This document shows positions 46,501-59,915 of a DNA stretch of 64,000 nt, one piece after another (the first letter of the stretch is position 1; each line of letters starts with the position of its first letter). The position numbers and the translations under genes are program-made. Under the pieces are notes generated by a model, which ran no database searches, was not told where the DNA came from, and saw only the letters and a list, made by a program, of their open reading frames with translations. Source of the DNA: Phoronis australis (Eukaryota; Animalia; Phoronida); contig NMRA01000041.1 of NCBI GenBank assembly GCA_002633005.1, forward strand, positions 625,294 to 689,293. Direction: 5' to 3'.

Positions 46501-49500
46501 CCTTCTAAATAGCTCCAATACAAGTCCACAATAAACTTATCAAACTTAGGCGCACTGATCTGTTCACTGGATGACGAACTGTCTTTTTCACTAGATTCCA
46601 AACTGGGCCTGTATTCACTCCCACTACTCAACATCGCTGCAGGGCTGCTTATAGGCTATGGGCTAGAAACAAACAGTACACGGGGAATCACTGCTAGTTT
46701 CTGGAATTGTACGCTATGGGGTACGTTCGGAAACATGGGTGACAGTAGATGAAGTGCCTCCAGTCACTGTTTATAGTGGCCACGTGACAGCTCGCGAGGC
46801 TTCTCGCTTCAAAAACGCACTTCTCGGGGGTGGCGACGGGGCACTGCCGGGAATCAACAGAGGCGGTATGGAATCCTTCTTCAGGCGCTGTTTCGCAGGG
46901 ACCTTCATCAATTCAGCGTACATATCTCTGTCGTAATCTGACGGCTGAAAATGCTTGCCACTGCTTTGTACGTTGCGTGAACGGGTAGCGCTGCGTTCTT
47001 CAAACGAACGAGCTAGCCAAGTACGGCGAAGTGTGTCATCCTTCGGAAAGCGATGCAAAGTACCCAAAGCGCGCGTGAGACGATAATGAGTACATCCTGG
47101 TACACAGCAACAGTGCGGCATGTTGACTGACTCGTAAACAAAAGCAAACGACTACCGAACTTATTACATCCGAGGTAGAACAATGACTGACTTGACAGCT
47201 CTCACAGTCTGACTGTATGAAAAGAAATTGGCGCGAAATTCTTGCCTCCTAAAACGTCACTTCCGGAGTAGAGGACGAGAAATTAATTAAATTACGAAAA
47301 GCTGTAATTAAGTGAAACATATGTCTGGGATAATCAACAGACCTTACTTTTGCTAAAAGTGACATGAAAAAAGGTTGCCTTCGCCTTTAAAGCTGCATTT
47401 CACCCCACTTAACTGGCTAAAACGGAATTTGAATTAGGTTTTTTATTCTAAAAAACAGTCTCATAGTATTCTTGACCGTCATAGGTTTCCATTTTCGTTA
47501 TCAACTCTAGTCACAGACAATGTGCACATGCGCAATTTCAGAATCGACCTACCCAATAAACACTGAAGCGTTTTCTTGAGTCGCCGATGGTTTTGATGTT
47601 CTTGCTGGTATCAGAAATCGAATCCTATCACAGTGCGCAGTATTATGAGACCGGTTTTATGAGAGTAAAATGTATAAGTTCCCGGAATTTCCCAGTATGT
47701 TGGTGTTATTTGTTCGAAGTTCAAAGATATTTCAGCAAGATGTCACGCCTAACATTACTTTTACATGGAGTTATAGTACGATGTAGTTTTTCTCTGCTAA
47801 AACTGTCTGGCTGATACTTCATCGTTATGGACAACTCACAGGGTAGAAGCTAGGGACAGTCTTCCGGGCTTATGTTCCACACGGTCGTGTCCAATAAAAC
47901 CGCACCTTTCACATTAATACACTTCTTTTAACGTGAACTGCTTTTTTTCTCACAAACCTCAATTCAGTTCTACAGAACTCAACTCCGAGTCTCAGTTTCT
48001 CCGTCTGACAGAATTCACGAATACAGTTCTTCATGGTGCAACGTTTCAAGTCCACCAGTATATTACAACTGGGAACATGAGCTTCATGAGATAATTAATG
48101 TATTCCTAAGTACAGAATTGCGGCACATGAGAAAAGACGACAACTCGCGAGAAAAGAAATGAATTTAAGAGAAAAGTACACCATCATCGAGAACAGACTT
48201 GCGATCCGCGAGGGAGAAACATGTCTGATCTGACACATGCACTGGCTTTACCAAGTCACCCCGAATCATTACATGCTCAGGCAAAATGAAAAAACCCACT
48301 TACAGATTTCCAAAACCCATGGGCAGTCCATCTCGTTTGTTAGCAGAGTCCAGTATGGGCAAGGTAGGACGATGAGGATATTTGCCTTCATTTCGGAACG
48401 CTATAGCCATGTCTTTCGGATCAAGTATATGCACAAGTGTTTGTGGACCTAGCGTTTCCTTGTAAATTCTGCCGTACTTCTTGAAATCGTGTTGCCTCGC
48501 TAGGTGGTGCTGAGGGAGCGTGAAGTTACCTAGAATAAAGACTGGACTACTGTACCCAGCGTCGCTGAATTAAGGCATGTAGCAGAGAAAACGTTAAAAC
48601 AAAAGTATTTGCAGAAATCAACAAGGTCTGTCGTCAGTAGATCCTGAGTTGTAGGACTGAGAGTACGTTCAACTCCCAATTTACTTTTACAAGTACAACT
48701 CAATAAAGTATTTCTAAAAAATTGTTAAAAAGTTCCGAAGCTCACATTTTCTGTAAAGAACGGTGTTTATGTGCATTAAACTCACATATGTTGACCTGTA
48801 GAAGGTGCTCTAAACAGCTGCATCAGCCAATCACAAACTGAGAAATCATTTTCTGGTACTTTAACACATTTATTTTTGAAATAACTAAATTCCACTTAAG
48901 AAAAAGTGCAAATTCTTTGAGAATATACGTATAGCATACAGTTAGTGGGAAAATTTCTATAAATTACGTCTTGACTATGAGGCGCTCATAATTGCTGAAC
49001 CTTTTCAAGCAATGCCAATTTTCTGTTTTAAAGTCTCCTTCATAAAACAGACCCCCAGGTTATGGACAAAATAATCAAATAACTGAGATCCTAAGTAATC
49101 AGTCAATTTTAGCCATGAATTACAAAAATTATGCACATTACTGTGTTCTTATTTTTACAAAATGATGCCATCTTGAAAGGGCATCACGTGAGAATACATC
49201 TTGGTAAAGTATACTTTGCGTCAAAATTCATTTTGCACTGATTTTAACGAAAATGAAGTCGAAAGAATAAGTTTGACTTGTCTCCGAGCAGTGTAACCAC
49301 ATTTATGTTGTTTTTGGTCTGAATTATTCAAATAAACAGCATTTACAATTAAAATCTCAATGACATAAAGTACTGGGCGAACGGACACAACAGGAAGACG
49401 GACTGACCCCACGTTTGACACTGTTTATGTTTTCGGCAACAATTCAAATTATTTCAGAACTCAGTGGTAATAGCATGTGCCCAACGCAATAAATTTTGGT

Positions 49501-51705
49501 TGTTTGATAGAACTTCCTCAGCTGTTGCGATAGGTATAGCCAACACTACCAGGAATTATTTTAAACAAATGAAGGTGTGGGTGAATTGTCCAACACGTCC
49601 TCAAGTCTATGACGGACTTCGAGAACCTATGGACCATGCTATTTTTGTCATTTTTTCTTCTAATTTTAAAGGGCCCATTGGCCCGAACTCAGTTACCACA
49701 GTGCGTCAATGAATTTATTTTTTGCGCAAATGACGCGGTGCGCTCTCTTACAATGATATCTGGTCTATTCAATGGAACTTCATTAGCCTTTCTAAAACAG
49801 AAAACATAGTTATGTCTGTGTACGTTTTACCCAGGGTCAAGCTCAGTAACGCTAGTGTCTCCGATTGTCATTAAGAATTTGCCATTCAATTTAAAATATT
49901 TTACGTTTCCAGTTTTCGTGAAAATATGCTTTAGGTTTTCCGTATGAATGGTTCTCCAATCGGCGGAAAAACATGGCATGAAGCTATTTCACTCTGCATG
50001 ACGCACAAGCTTGTTCCACTTACAAACAGTGTGGGCAAACTGAAAGAAGGAAGTTTTAAAAATGCAATCTCATGATTAAGGCAGTTACATGTAAGCTTGA
50101 GGTGTTTTTTCTCCGGAAAATGCGAGGAGGTCACACTTTGTTCAGGAAGTCTCTCCTACGAATCGTCCAAGGCACCCAAAAAAAAAACACAAAACAAAAC
50201 AATCTAGTCAGAATGAATTAGCCCCCTAGAACAATTTCCATTCTAGCGGCTAGATAAACATAAAAATTACAACTTACATTTAGCAACGACGTTGGACAAC
50301 ATTTATAGGAACTCACTGGATTTATTGTCCTTAAGAAGAATTTTCAAATGGCCGGCCTATAACTGCTAAATCGAGACTTCTGTATTGAGACCGAGATCCA
50401 AAGGAGCGAAGATCGAGGTTTTTTTTTGTGTAAAATTCAGCATTGAAACCCTCAATTCCACAGCTTTTATCAATTTTCATAAGTTTAAAAACATTTTCCA
50501 GTTCTGCCACCAGAAATTCACTGTCTAAATATTATACAGGTGTAAACTTTGCTTCACGGTGATCACCTCTCTGTTTACTAGTCCTACTGTCAATGTTTGA
50601 AAGACGTGCTTAGTCTTATCCATCTTGTAATTCCTCCTGTAGACCTGATATTGTCCAGACAGATTGGGTAACAATCTTATTGATCACCATTCTTCTAGTG
50701 TAATTTCATATTTCCGTTTTACTAAAGTACTGTCTTTTGTTTTCTCCTTCCTCGATAGGGTGGGTAAGGGTCAAAATGATGATCAACACAGACTGAGCCA
50801 GACTCGTGCGGCTAGAGTGAGTGAGCTGAGTGATTCGATAAGTAAAATGTTTATTTTACATTGGCGTATTAAACAAACTTAACAGCAGTACAAGAGCAAG
50901 TTATCGATACAAAATGTGAAGAAATGTGTGAAAGATAGGATAGAGTCAGAGGAGTTCGTGTGCTTTTATGATTCGGGGATCTAATGTATGATAAGTGCAT
51001 GGACCTGGGGTAAGTATGCATGGACCAGGGGCCAGTATGCATAGAGCTGGGGCCAGTACGTATGCATGGACCCGGGGTCAGTAGGCATGGACCTGGGGTA
51101 TGTATGCATGGAACAGTGAGTATGCATGAACCAGGGGTCAGTATGTATGAACCATGGGCCAGCTATGAACTAGGCAGTACGTAGGCATAGTTGAACCGAC
51201 CAGGGCCGGATCAGAATGAATGATTTAGTTGTCAATGCAGGCATGGACCATGCAGGTGTCAGTAAGCAAGATCCTGGGGTCGAGCAGTATGCATGCTTGA
51301 ATTAGTAGTCAAGTAGTCAGAAACTGGGGGTGAAGAGGGAGTCTTATTTCACGGCTGACAACCGCATGCTTTCCAAATTCCACGGCCCGGCAACGGATTT
51401 TTGTTCCTCTGCAGGTAGTTTAGTTTACATGGAGTTATGTTCCAACAATTAAATCAAGTGAACTTCAAATCGCGGTTCACAGAATGGAAAAGAAGACCAG
51501 TTCCGCGTTCACAGATGGCCATCAAAATGCCTCATCCGACAGATAACGAAAAAGGAGCTCTTTACTCCTTGGCAAATTTGCCAGGACTCAACGCATAGGA
51601 TACACAGATCAGGCTGATATATACGTTACCTAGATAATATCGCAAAAGCGACCCTACAAAGGGTAACGCTTTGGGTCCTGGCATCAAATGGAAAGGTTTA
51701 GGCAT
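40406..51705 (-). CDS. Cytochrome P450, mitochondrial clan, gene CYP-C (tandem paralog of CYP-B); exon 8 absent from assembly (gap or pseudogene)
   Basis: Exons 51705-51630, 48529-48304, 45805-45615, 44759-44564, 44380-44233, 43098-42932, 42342-42261, [exon 8 not found], 40516-40406. Each has the same length as in CYP-B, is open, and has intact splice sites. A single N at 40800 sits where exon 8 is expected. Confidence 0.85.
42261..42342 (-). CDS. CYP-C exon 7
   Basis: MHFPVQGGTARIL...VPKG; 82 nt. Confidence 0.88.
42932..43098 (-). CDS. CYP-C exon 6
   Basis: TGSALSFMFYNLARFP...LKESFR; 167 nt. Confidence 0.9.
44233..44380 (-). CDS. CYP-C exon 5
   Basis: LFTAGIDS; 148 nt; GT-AG. Confidence 0.88.
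44564..44759 (-). CDS. CYP-C exon 4
   Basis: AFGAVCYNERLG; 196 nt; GT-AG. Confidence 0.88.
45615..45805 (-). CDS. CYP-C exon 3
   Basis: NGEEWYKRR; 191 nt; GT-AG. Confidence 0.9.
46060..47386 (-). mobile_element. Kolobok-type DNA transposon derivative with THAP domain and ~285-bp terminal inverted repeats
   Basis: TTAA TSD (46056-59, 47387-90); AGG...CCT termini; single TTAA empty site at 30435 in the paralog. THAP ORF 47121-46771 (MPHCCCVPGC...LHRFPKD...W...HF...LKKDSIP), followed by frameshifted KFIV..LELFRRCHVC...G.....C.AGH...W.S Kolobok-like motif. Confidence 0.85.
46771..47121 (-). pseudogene. THAP zinc-finger N-terminus of transposase (degenerate; third Cys lost)
   Basis: C-x4-C, FP, W, HF and AVP-like (DSIP) THAP hallmarks; VCS.HF replaced by VQSSGKHF. 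Confidence 0.8.
48304..48529 (-). CDS. CYP-C exon 2
   Basis: 226 nt, open; YGRIYKETLG, EGKYPHRP. Confidence 0.88.
50995..51190. repeat. ~20-bp minisatellite (agtatgcatggaccaggggtc); shorter version at 33365-33440
   Basis: Direct inspection. Confidence 0.8.
51630..51705 (-). CDS. CYP-C exon 1 (MPKPFHLMPGPKALPFVGSLLRYYL)
   Basis: Paralog of 33895-33970; same donor. Confidence 0.85.
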
Positions 51706-53106
51706 CTTGATATTCCTGGGTGAACGAGTGAATCTCTTGCTGAGAATACTCAGTGCGACGCTCAACTCGATCAATCAACCATCAGTGTTCTGGTGGTCAG
51801 CTGCCTTTACGTAAGCTTGATGACACTCACGGTGTTGTGTAAAGACTTGACAGGCCTTGTAGTTCCCAGGCAGAAAGGTGAATGTTTACAAAGACTCTTT
51901 TGTATTGATAAAGAACTATAGCCCTATAGCTCCCCCACGTGACTTACTTATTCTATTGTTGGAGCTTACGACCTGAGACTAATCGCGAGAGTTTGCATTG
52001 TGAATTTTTGTCTGTCTGCTCGGCTGAGTTTTGATCAAGTGTTGTAGTTATCACTTTGTCCATTAAACGAGACTATTGAGGTAAAAACCCGACAGGTCAT
52101 TTTTTACTGTACCCAAGACCTGTGGCCCAGTTCGCTGTATTCCGGGAAAAGTCTGGCCTCCCGTATCCTTTCAGCCCCAGTCTTTTAAACCACTTACGAC
52201 AGCCAATAAAACTACAGGCCAGGAGTTTTTTCAACAAGAAATTTTGGGTGTTATAATCATCGGTTACAGTATTTTTACTTGACATTTGGATTCTGGTTCT
52301 TTTGCAATAATAAGTGAAAAGCAGCAGTATGACTTGAATGGATCCTATATTAAAAAAGTTTGTCTTGATAGGGTACTGGCTAGAAATCTTTCAAATTAGT
52401 TCCCTGCTGGTTTCAACCTCTCTGATTCATTTCCTTTTTATTTTACTATAATTACACCACATTATATTTCGCATCTTGGTAAGGCACTCTAGATTATTAG
52501 AATTAAAAAATATTCGGTAAAATCGAGTTCTATAATCTTTCGTGACTTTCAGAAAGTATATAGTTTTGCGGGTTAAAACCTCTTAGTTTGGCGGGGTTAA
52601 AACCTCTTAGTTTTGCGGGGTTAAATCCTCATGAGTTTTGCGAGTATTTAGCTAAATATACAAACTTATCAATAAGGTCCTACTGTACATGACGAATACG
52701 CCCAAATCTTCGGCCGATAGCACAGGGCAACGCCAACTGATGTTTGCTGGGGAAACAGAACATACGGATTTTTATAAGTCCCATTTTCAGAATGTCATGG
52801 CCGGATAAGTCTACAGTCGTACCTGCCAATCATAGCAATCCCGACTTCTGCCAAACAACTTAAGTTTGAATTAGAAAATTCACTGTTTTAAAACTGGCTT
52901 AACCCGATTTTGACTGAGATTGTACACGGGATAAGCTTATAGGAGGACCCGGCTTGCCAATCATAGCAGCCCCAGGGACTTCTACCAAACAACTTATTTT
53001 TGAGTTGATAAATCACCGTGATTCTGACCGAGATTCTGTCACACTAAGGACCACGTTAAAGCTAAAAGCTTTACAGCATCACAAATAGGCTGATTTCCAG
53101 AGCGAA

Positions 53107-53634
53107 CAGTGCTGTAGTGGGGCGTAGGCGCACGTAGACGCACGTAGGCGCAGCCACCACGTTTTGGCATTTCAACACAGCACCTACGCACCGTAAGTTA
53201 CGTTATAGTGGTGCGTAGGCGCACGTAGGCGCAGCCAACCATCTTTTTACATTATGCATTATGACTCTTCCTTGCAGTGCAGCTGAATGTGAACGAGGGT
53301 TCAGCGAAATGAATCAGACAGTCAACAAACGATCGAAGGGCCCGCGAGGAAACACCCCATGGGCGACTATAAACGCCGCCAGGATATCTTTTCAGTGTGT
53401 TACCGCGCCCATTTTCCTTTATTATAATTGTGTTTGAGTCTCCTATAAAAAATGCGTAGTTGCGACATCCTAGATTCGCCACTGCACACTTGAAGTCTGG
53501 CAATCGTGAGTCAAAAATAGGCCCACATGTTTGTGATGTTTTCCGAATTCAATGCACTTTTAAAATTCAGTGCTCAAGGTGATACGTTGGGCTTTGGGCG
53601 CCTAGTTGCCTCTAATTTTACCACTACAGCACTG
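53107..53634 (+). mobile_element. Non-autonomous hAT element (528 bp)
   Basis: 14-bp TIR cagtgctgtagtgg/ccactacagcactg; perfect 8-bp TSD agagcgaa; internal hAT dimerization-domain remnant TLPCSAAECERGFSEMN (53261-53340); empty site at ~35824. Confidence 0.9.
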
Positions 53635-53707
53635 AGAGCGAATGCTTGACAGAGCATTGCTTCTTACATTCCAATATATTGGCCATTTTTGCTTTCACCA
53701 CTTAAAA

Positions 53708-56700
53708 CGAGAGCGCTCGGAGGAGCAACACTTGACGAAATTACGCGAAAACAGGACGATGGGGAGGACGACGACGACTATCATGACGACGAAGGCGGAG
53801 ATTATGAACAACACGATAACATTCATGTAACTAGCGAACAAATCAGTAAGAAATAGCCTGCGGTCTTGTTCACGCACCCGGGAAATTGGCAACAGTGCGA
53901 GAGAGCTCGGAGGAGCAACACTTGATGAAATTACGCGAAAGCAGGACGATGGGGAGGACGACGACGACGATCATGACCATGAAGGCGGAGATTATGAACA
54001 ACACGATAACATTCATGTAACTAGCGAACAAATCAGTAAGAAATAGCCTGCAGTCTTATTCACGCACCCGGTAAACTGGCAACAGTGCGAGAGCGCTCGG
54101 AGGAGCGACACTTGGCGAAATTACGCGAAAACAGGACGATGGGGAGGACGACGACGACGATCATGAAGACTAGCGAAAAAAAAATCTTATGAAAGCCTGT
54201 TTAAAACTCATCGAACTGTACAGATTTCTGATCGGTTAATATACATGGCAAGAAATTCCCGGCACACAAAACTATTTGCAAAAAACGCCAAATTTGACAA
54301 CTTTCTCCCCGAAATAACCACCCTGCAAGTGCTAGAAAAAGCCTGACTACAGATTCAGAATGCTCGTCCTCTCTAGATTCTAACTATATGGTCACAGTAA
54401 GCCACTTATCAGCTACTTTTTTTTAGAAAATTTGATCTGTTTGACAGCCACCTGAAATCACACCCGGTTTCTCGGACAGCAGACGACAGGGGTTGATAGC
54501 AAATGACAGCCACCAGTTTGCATCAAAAGTAGGCAAAACTTGGCTTTTCTCATTCAAAAACACAAGTAAATAAGTTCTTTCCTGGCAATTTTTGTCAATA
54601 ACTTCCTCAAAGCACCCGCCAAACCTGACACACGCCCTCAACATAAATTCTAGGGACTAGAAAATGCTCCGTGGCCGCGGCCTGACTGTTCAGTGCTACC
54701 TACAGTCTTGAGCAACAATAGGCAAAATTAACGACGACGATGATTGTGATGATGAAGGTGGCGATGATGAACAACATCATAACATTCATACGACGAAATT
54801 AGATGTCATAAATTAGTAAGAAATAAGCTACAGTCTTGTTCAAATAAACTAAACCAACATCAATGCAGTAAGAGCGCTCAACAAAGAAACAGCGTTATCA
54901 GAAAATCTCAAATAATTCGAAAAGTAAACGTCCTAGAGAAAAATGGAAAACTTCTTCTGAAAGCGCGTTCCAAACTCTATCTAAATTGATAGTTTTGCAA
55001 CATTCCATAATTCTTTCGAAAAAAAAATGAAATTTTGCGTTTTTTTGAAATTCAAAGTCAAATAACTCGAAAACGGTAAGTCTGAGAAAAACGTTATGCA
55101 GAACTTTTGAAAGAGCATACTTCAAGGAATTCACATGCAAAAATTCACGTCATTTGCTCTTCCCGTTAAAAATGCGACCGTAGAACGATTGAAAACGGTT
55201 GAAAATGCGCCAGAGCCGCCATCTTGAAAATGACTTCTGATTTGACAAAATTTTATAAAAGCTGATCAAATGCAACAAACACGTGACCAGTTTGAAAATG
55301 ATTTGCGCCCTCAACATGTAAAAACGTTTTCGGCCAGTTATCGAGGTGCGCATACGGCATTGCCGATATTTCCGCCATATTTGACCAGAAGATTTACGGC
55401 GCAGTCGTAGTTCTCGTGTGCTATAATAATCCTACCAATTTTCAGCCCTGCACGTCGAAAAATGCGGCCTCTATGAGCAATGTCTTCATGGTCTTGTTCA
55501 ACAGAAGCTAAACCAACATCAGAGCAGCAAGAGATGTCAAAAAGGAACAGCGCTATCAGAAAATCTAGAATAATTCAAAAAGTAGACCTCGTAGCTAAAA
55601 ATGGAAAATATCTTCTGAAAGCCCGTCCAAAACTCTATCTAGATTGATATTTTCGCAACATTCCATAAAGTTTTTGAAAAAACTGAAATTTTGCGCTTTT
55701 TTGAAATTCAAAGTCAAATAACTCGAAAACGGTAAGTCTGAGAAAACCGTTATCGCGTAACTCTTAAAAGAGCATACTTCAAGGAATCCACATGCAAAAT
55801 TTCACGTCATTTGCTCTTCCCGTTAAAAAGGCGACAGCAGAACGATTGAAAATGGTTGAAAATGCGCCAGAGCCGCCATCTTGAAAGTGACTTCCAGTTA
55901 AACAAAATTTTATAAAAGCTAATCAATTGCAAGAAACAAGTGACCAGTTTGAAATTGATTGGTTCGCCAATGCACCCTCTACAGGAGAAAATGTTTTTGG
56001 CCAGATATCGAGGTGCGCATGCGCCATCGTCAATATTTCCACCATCTTTAACTGGAAGTCAACGTTTTTCGGCAGTGTTTTTCGGCACAGTGTTTTTCGA
56101 CACAGTTGTAGCACATGTGTTCTATAATCATCGTACCAAGTTTCAGCTCTGTACGTCAAATCGTGCGGCCTCTAAGAGCATTTGAATGTGAAATCGGAAA
56201 CAAAATGGCCGCCACGTCCGCCATTTTGAATCCGATCGTGACCAAAAACAATAGGCTTCCAGGACTTTCCAATCTACACGTCGTGTGCAAATTTCGTGAA
56301 AATCGGGCGAAAATTGCGAACAAACAAAAAAATGAAAGCGCTCCGAGGAGCGAAACTTGGCGAAATTAACCAAAAAGATGACGATAAAGATGATGAAGAA
56401 GATGACGAATATGACGACGATGGTGGCGAGGATGAACAAAAGAAGTAATAATAGCAAACACATGACAAACGTAGAAGTCCGAAATCAGTAAGAAAAAGGC
56501 TACAGTCTTGAGCGACACTTGGCGAAATTAACGGAAAAGACAACGACGGAGATGATGACGAAGATGATGACGATGATGACGAATATGATGATGGTGGTGG
56601 CGATGATGAACAACATCACAACATTTATATGACGAACTTAGATGTCATAAATCAATAAGAAATAGGCTACAGTCTAGTTCAATAGAAGATAAACCAACAT

Positions 56701-58345
56701 CAATGCAGCAAGAGCGCTCAACAAAGGAGCAGCGTTATCAGAAAATCTCAAATAACTCNCACTTGGCGAAATTACGCGAAAATAGGAGGATGGGGAGGAC
56801 GACGACGACGACGATCATGACGACTAGCGAAAAATGAAAAATATCTTACGAAAGCCCATTTAAAACTCTATCGAACTGTACAGATTTCTGATCGGTTAAC
56901 ATACGCGGCAAGAAATTCCCGGTCACAAAACTATTTGCAAAAAACGCCAAATTTGACAATTTCCTCCCCGAAATAACCACTTCCCTGCAAGTGCTAGAAA
57001 AAGTCGGACTACAGATTCAGAATGCTCTTCCTCTCTAGATTCTAACTATGTGGTCATAGTAAGCCCCTTATCAGCTACTTTTTTATCAAATTTGATCTGT
57101 CCGACAGCCACCTGAAATCGCACCCGGTTTCTCGGACAACAGACGACAGGGGTTGATAGCAAATGACAGCCACCAGTTTGCATCAAAAGTAGGTAAAACT
57201 TGGCTTTTCTCATTCACAAACACAAGTAAAGTTCGTTCCTGGCAACTGTTGTCAACAATTTCCTCAAACCACCGGCCAAACCTTACACACGCCCTCAACA
57301 TAAATTCTATGGACTAGAAAATGCTCCGTGGCCGCGGCCTGACTGTTCAGTGTTACCTACAGTCTTGAGCGACAACAGGCAAAATTAACGACGATGATGA
57401 TTGTGATGATGAAGGTGGCGATGATGAACAACATCATAACACTCATACGACGAACTTAGATGTCATAAGTTAGTAAGAAATAAGCCACAGTCTTGTTCAA
57501 ATAAACTAAACCAACATCAATGCAGTAAGAGCGCTCAACAAAGGTACAGCGCTATCAGAAAATCTCAAATAATTCGAAAAGTAGACGTCCTAGAGAAAAA
57601 TGGAAAACTTCTTCTGAAAGCGCGTTCCAAACTCTATCTAAATTGATAGTTTCGGGACATTCCATAATTTTTTCAAAAAATTGAAATTTTGCGGGTTTTT
57701 TTGAAATTCAAAGTCAAATAACTCCAAAACGGTGAGTGTGAGAAAACCGTTATCGCAGAACTTTTGAAAGAGCATACTTCAAGGAATCCACATGCAAAAA
57801 TTCACGTCATTTGCTCTTCCGGTTAAAAAGGCAACAGCAGAACGATTGAAAACGGTTGAAAATGCGCCAGAGCCACCATCTTGAAAATGACTTCCAGTTA
57901 GACAAAATTTTATAAAGGCTTATCAATTGCAAGAAACACATGACCAGTTTGAAAGTGATTGGTTCGCCAAAGCACCCTCTATAGGAGAAAACGTTTTTGG
58001 CCAGATGTCGAGGTGCGCATGCACCATCGTCAATATTTCAGCCATCTTTAACCGGAAGTCAACATTTTTCGGCACAGTTGTAGCACGTGTTCTATAATAA
58101 TTGTACCACATTTCAGCTCTGTACGTCAAAAAATGCGACCTCTATGAGCATTTGAATGTGAAATCGGAAACAAAATGGCTGCCACATCCGCCATTTTGAA
58201 TCCGATCATGACCAAAAACAATAGGCTTCCAGGACTTTCCAATCTACACGTCGTGTGCAATTTTCGTGAAAATCGGGAGAAAATTGCGACCTGTAGAGAG
58301 CGAACTAACAAAAAAAAAGAAAAAACTTGATGTCAGACCAACATA
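53708..58345 (+). mobile_element. Helentron/HINE-like composite repeat: 190-bp tandem units plus nested ~650-bp and ~2.6-kb duplications, GAT/GAC microsatellites
   Basis: Units start at 53711, 53901, 54091; 54108-56340 repeated at 56760-58310; recurring acacttggcgaaatt; inserted in an A-run without TSD relative to the paralog (~35897). Confidence 0.62.
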
Positions 58346-59589
58346 CTGATAGAAACAATAATGAATTGTCAGTGATTTCCAAGCTTATCACTTCTAACCT
58401 TAGCAATAACACAAAAGTCGAGAATATGTTTACATCACTTCATGGTCCAAGTCAAAAGTTTTTACATAAAGTTGTTTTCAAAACTGAAACTAAACATATT
58501 CAATAACAAAAACTTTAATTAAAAAAACAATCAAACAACAAGAAAAAGTCATCTGCATCGACTTCTTAGGGTTCAGAGTTGGAACCTAGTGAATCCCAAG
58601 CACAGAAAAACTAAGGTTATTTATAAGCAAAAAGGATTTACAGAATTTGAGAACAACATAAGCTGCTCAAACGACTGACATTGATGTCACACTATCGCCA
58701 AAACTGCACGATGGTAAAATCATGCCAGCCTTTTCACAAATCTGCATATAACTGCTATCACAAACTTGTCCTCTGCTTCAGCCCAAAGAGCAGCAGATAT
58801 GCAATAATAACTTTGACATCATTACGTGACACTGCCTTTCTTTAAACAGAGTTCCCGTAGCCAATGGGAGCCAAAGCACCATCTGAAAAACCTTAACTGA
58901 TGTAGAGTAAACACATTTCCTTCAACTCAAGGTTTACTTCGGGTCCCACATATTTATGTGAGGGCCTGAGAGAACATAAAAAATCTAAAGCTCCCTTTCT
59001 GGATTTCGTGGGGACATTTACCAAAGTTATACTTGCTTTACTAGCTCTAACCTTGAAAACAAGGTCAAAATCACCTAATTACGTTGGTGTTTGAAAATGC
59101 TCCACCAACACCTTGGCGAATAGGAACAAGTTACAGCAGTTTCTTTTTGAGATAATGAGTAAGCAACTCCTGTGTGACATGTAGAGGTACCAACCGTGAA
59201 TACTGTCTCCTGCTTCGTGCTAATGCATAGAAAAAATTGTCACTAGGTGGCACAGAAATAGTCGGATTTGTTGATCCCTGAATAAGCGCTGCCCATCGCC
59301 ACATTCATACAAACACATGTTTCATGAAGCTCTTGAGGGTGTACAAAAATACGTACATGTGCACTCATAATAACAGAATGAGGATATGTTTAACTTATCA
59401 GTAAGCCACACCAAACCGTACTATTTAAAACAAATGTACCTTCAGTAAGCTGGAATCATCCAAATGTTTATTACTGACTACATCAGTACATGTCTAAACA
59501 CTACTGCAGCTGAAAAGCCGATGGTATTGTGACAGTTTCTTTTGTGGCGGTAATGTTGATATGGAGACATGTGAATACAGAGTTCCAAA

Positions 59590-59915
59590 TTCAAGAACAA
59601 TAACCAAAATTAATCCCAGGACAAGGCAATGTCTACCTGTTGTACAATACCCAACATTAACTGATGTTAATCCTGTGACAAGGCAATAACAAATTTGTGT
59701 AAAATAACTGACATTAGGCAATGACAACTTTATGTACAAAATGCGACTTTAACCAAGTGGCAAGGCAATGATAACCTTATGAACAATCCTGCAACAAGGC
59801 AAGAACAACCTTATACATAATTGGTTTTAATCCTACCACAAAGCAATGGCAACTTTATGTACATTAACCAACATTAATCCTCTGACAAGGCAATGACAGC
59901 CTTATGTACAATATT
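59590..59915. repeat. Degenerate minisatellite (ttaatcctgtgacaaggcaat...tatgtacaat); paralog 37280-37505
   Basis: Direct inspection; downstream of the POLR3H stop. Confidence 0.7.

Noticed and set aside
20326-51705. CYP-B and CYP-C as uncollapsed alleles
   Set aside because: Introns are heavily diverged with many indels and several copy-specific TE insertions, and the copies are joined without an N gap at ~37.6 kb; true paralogy is more plausible (read depth would settle it)
56143-56620. Acidic or hydrophobic low-complexity ORFs
   Set aside because: GAT/GAC microsatellites within the Helentron-like repeat
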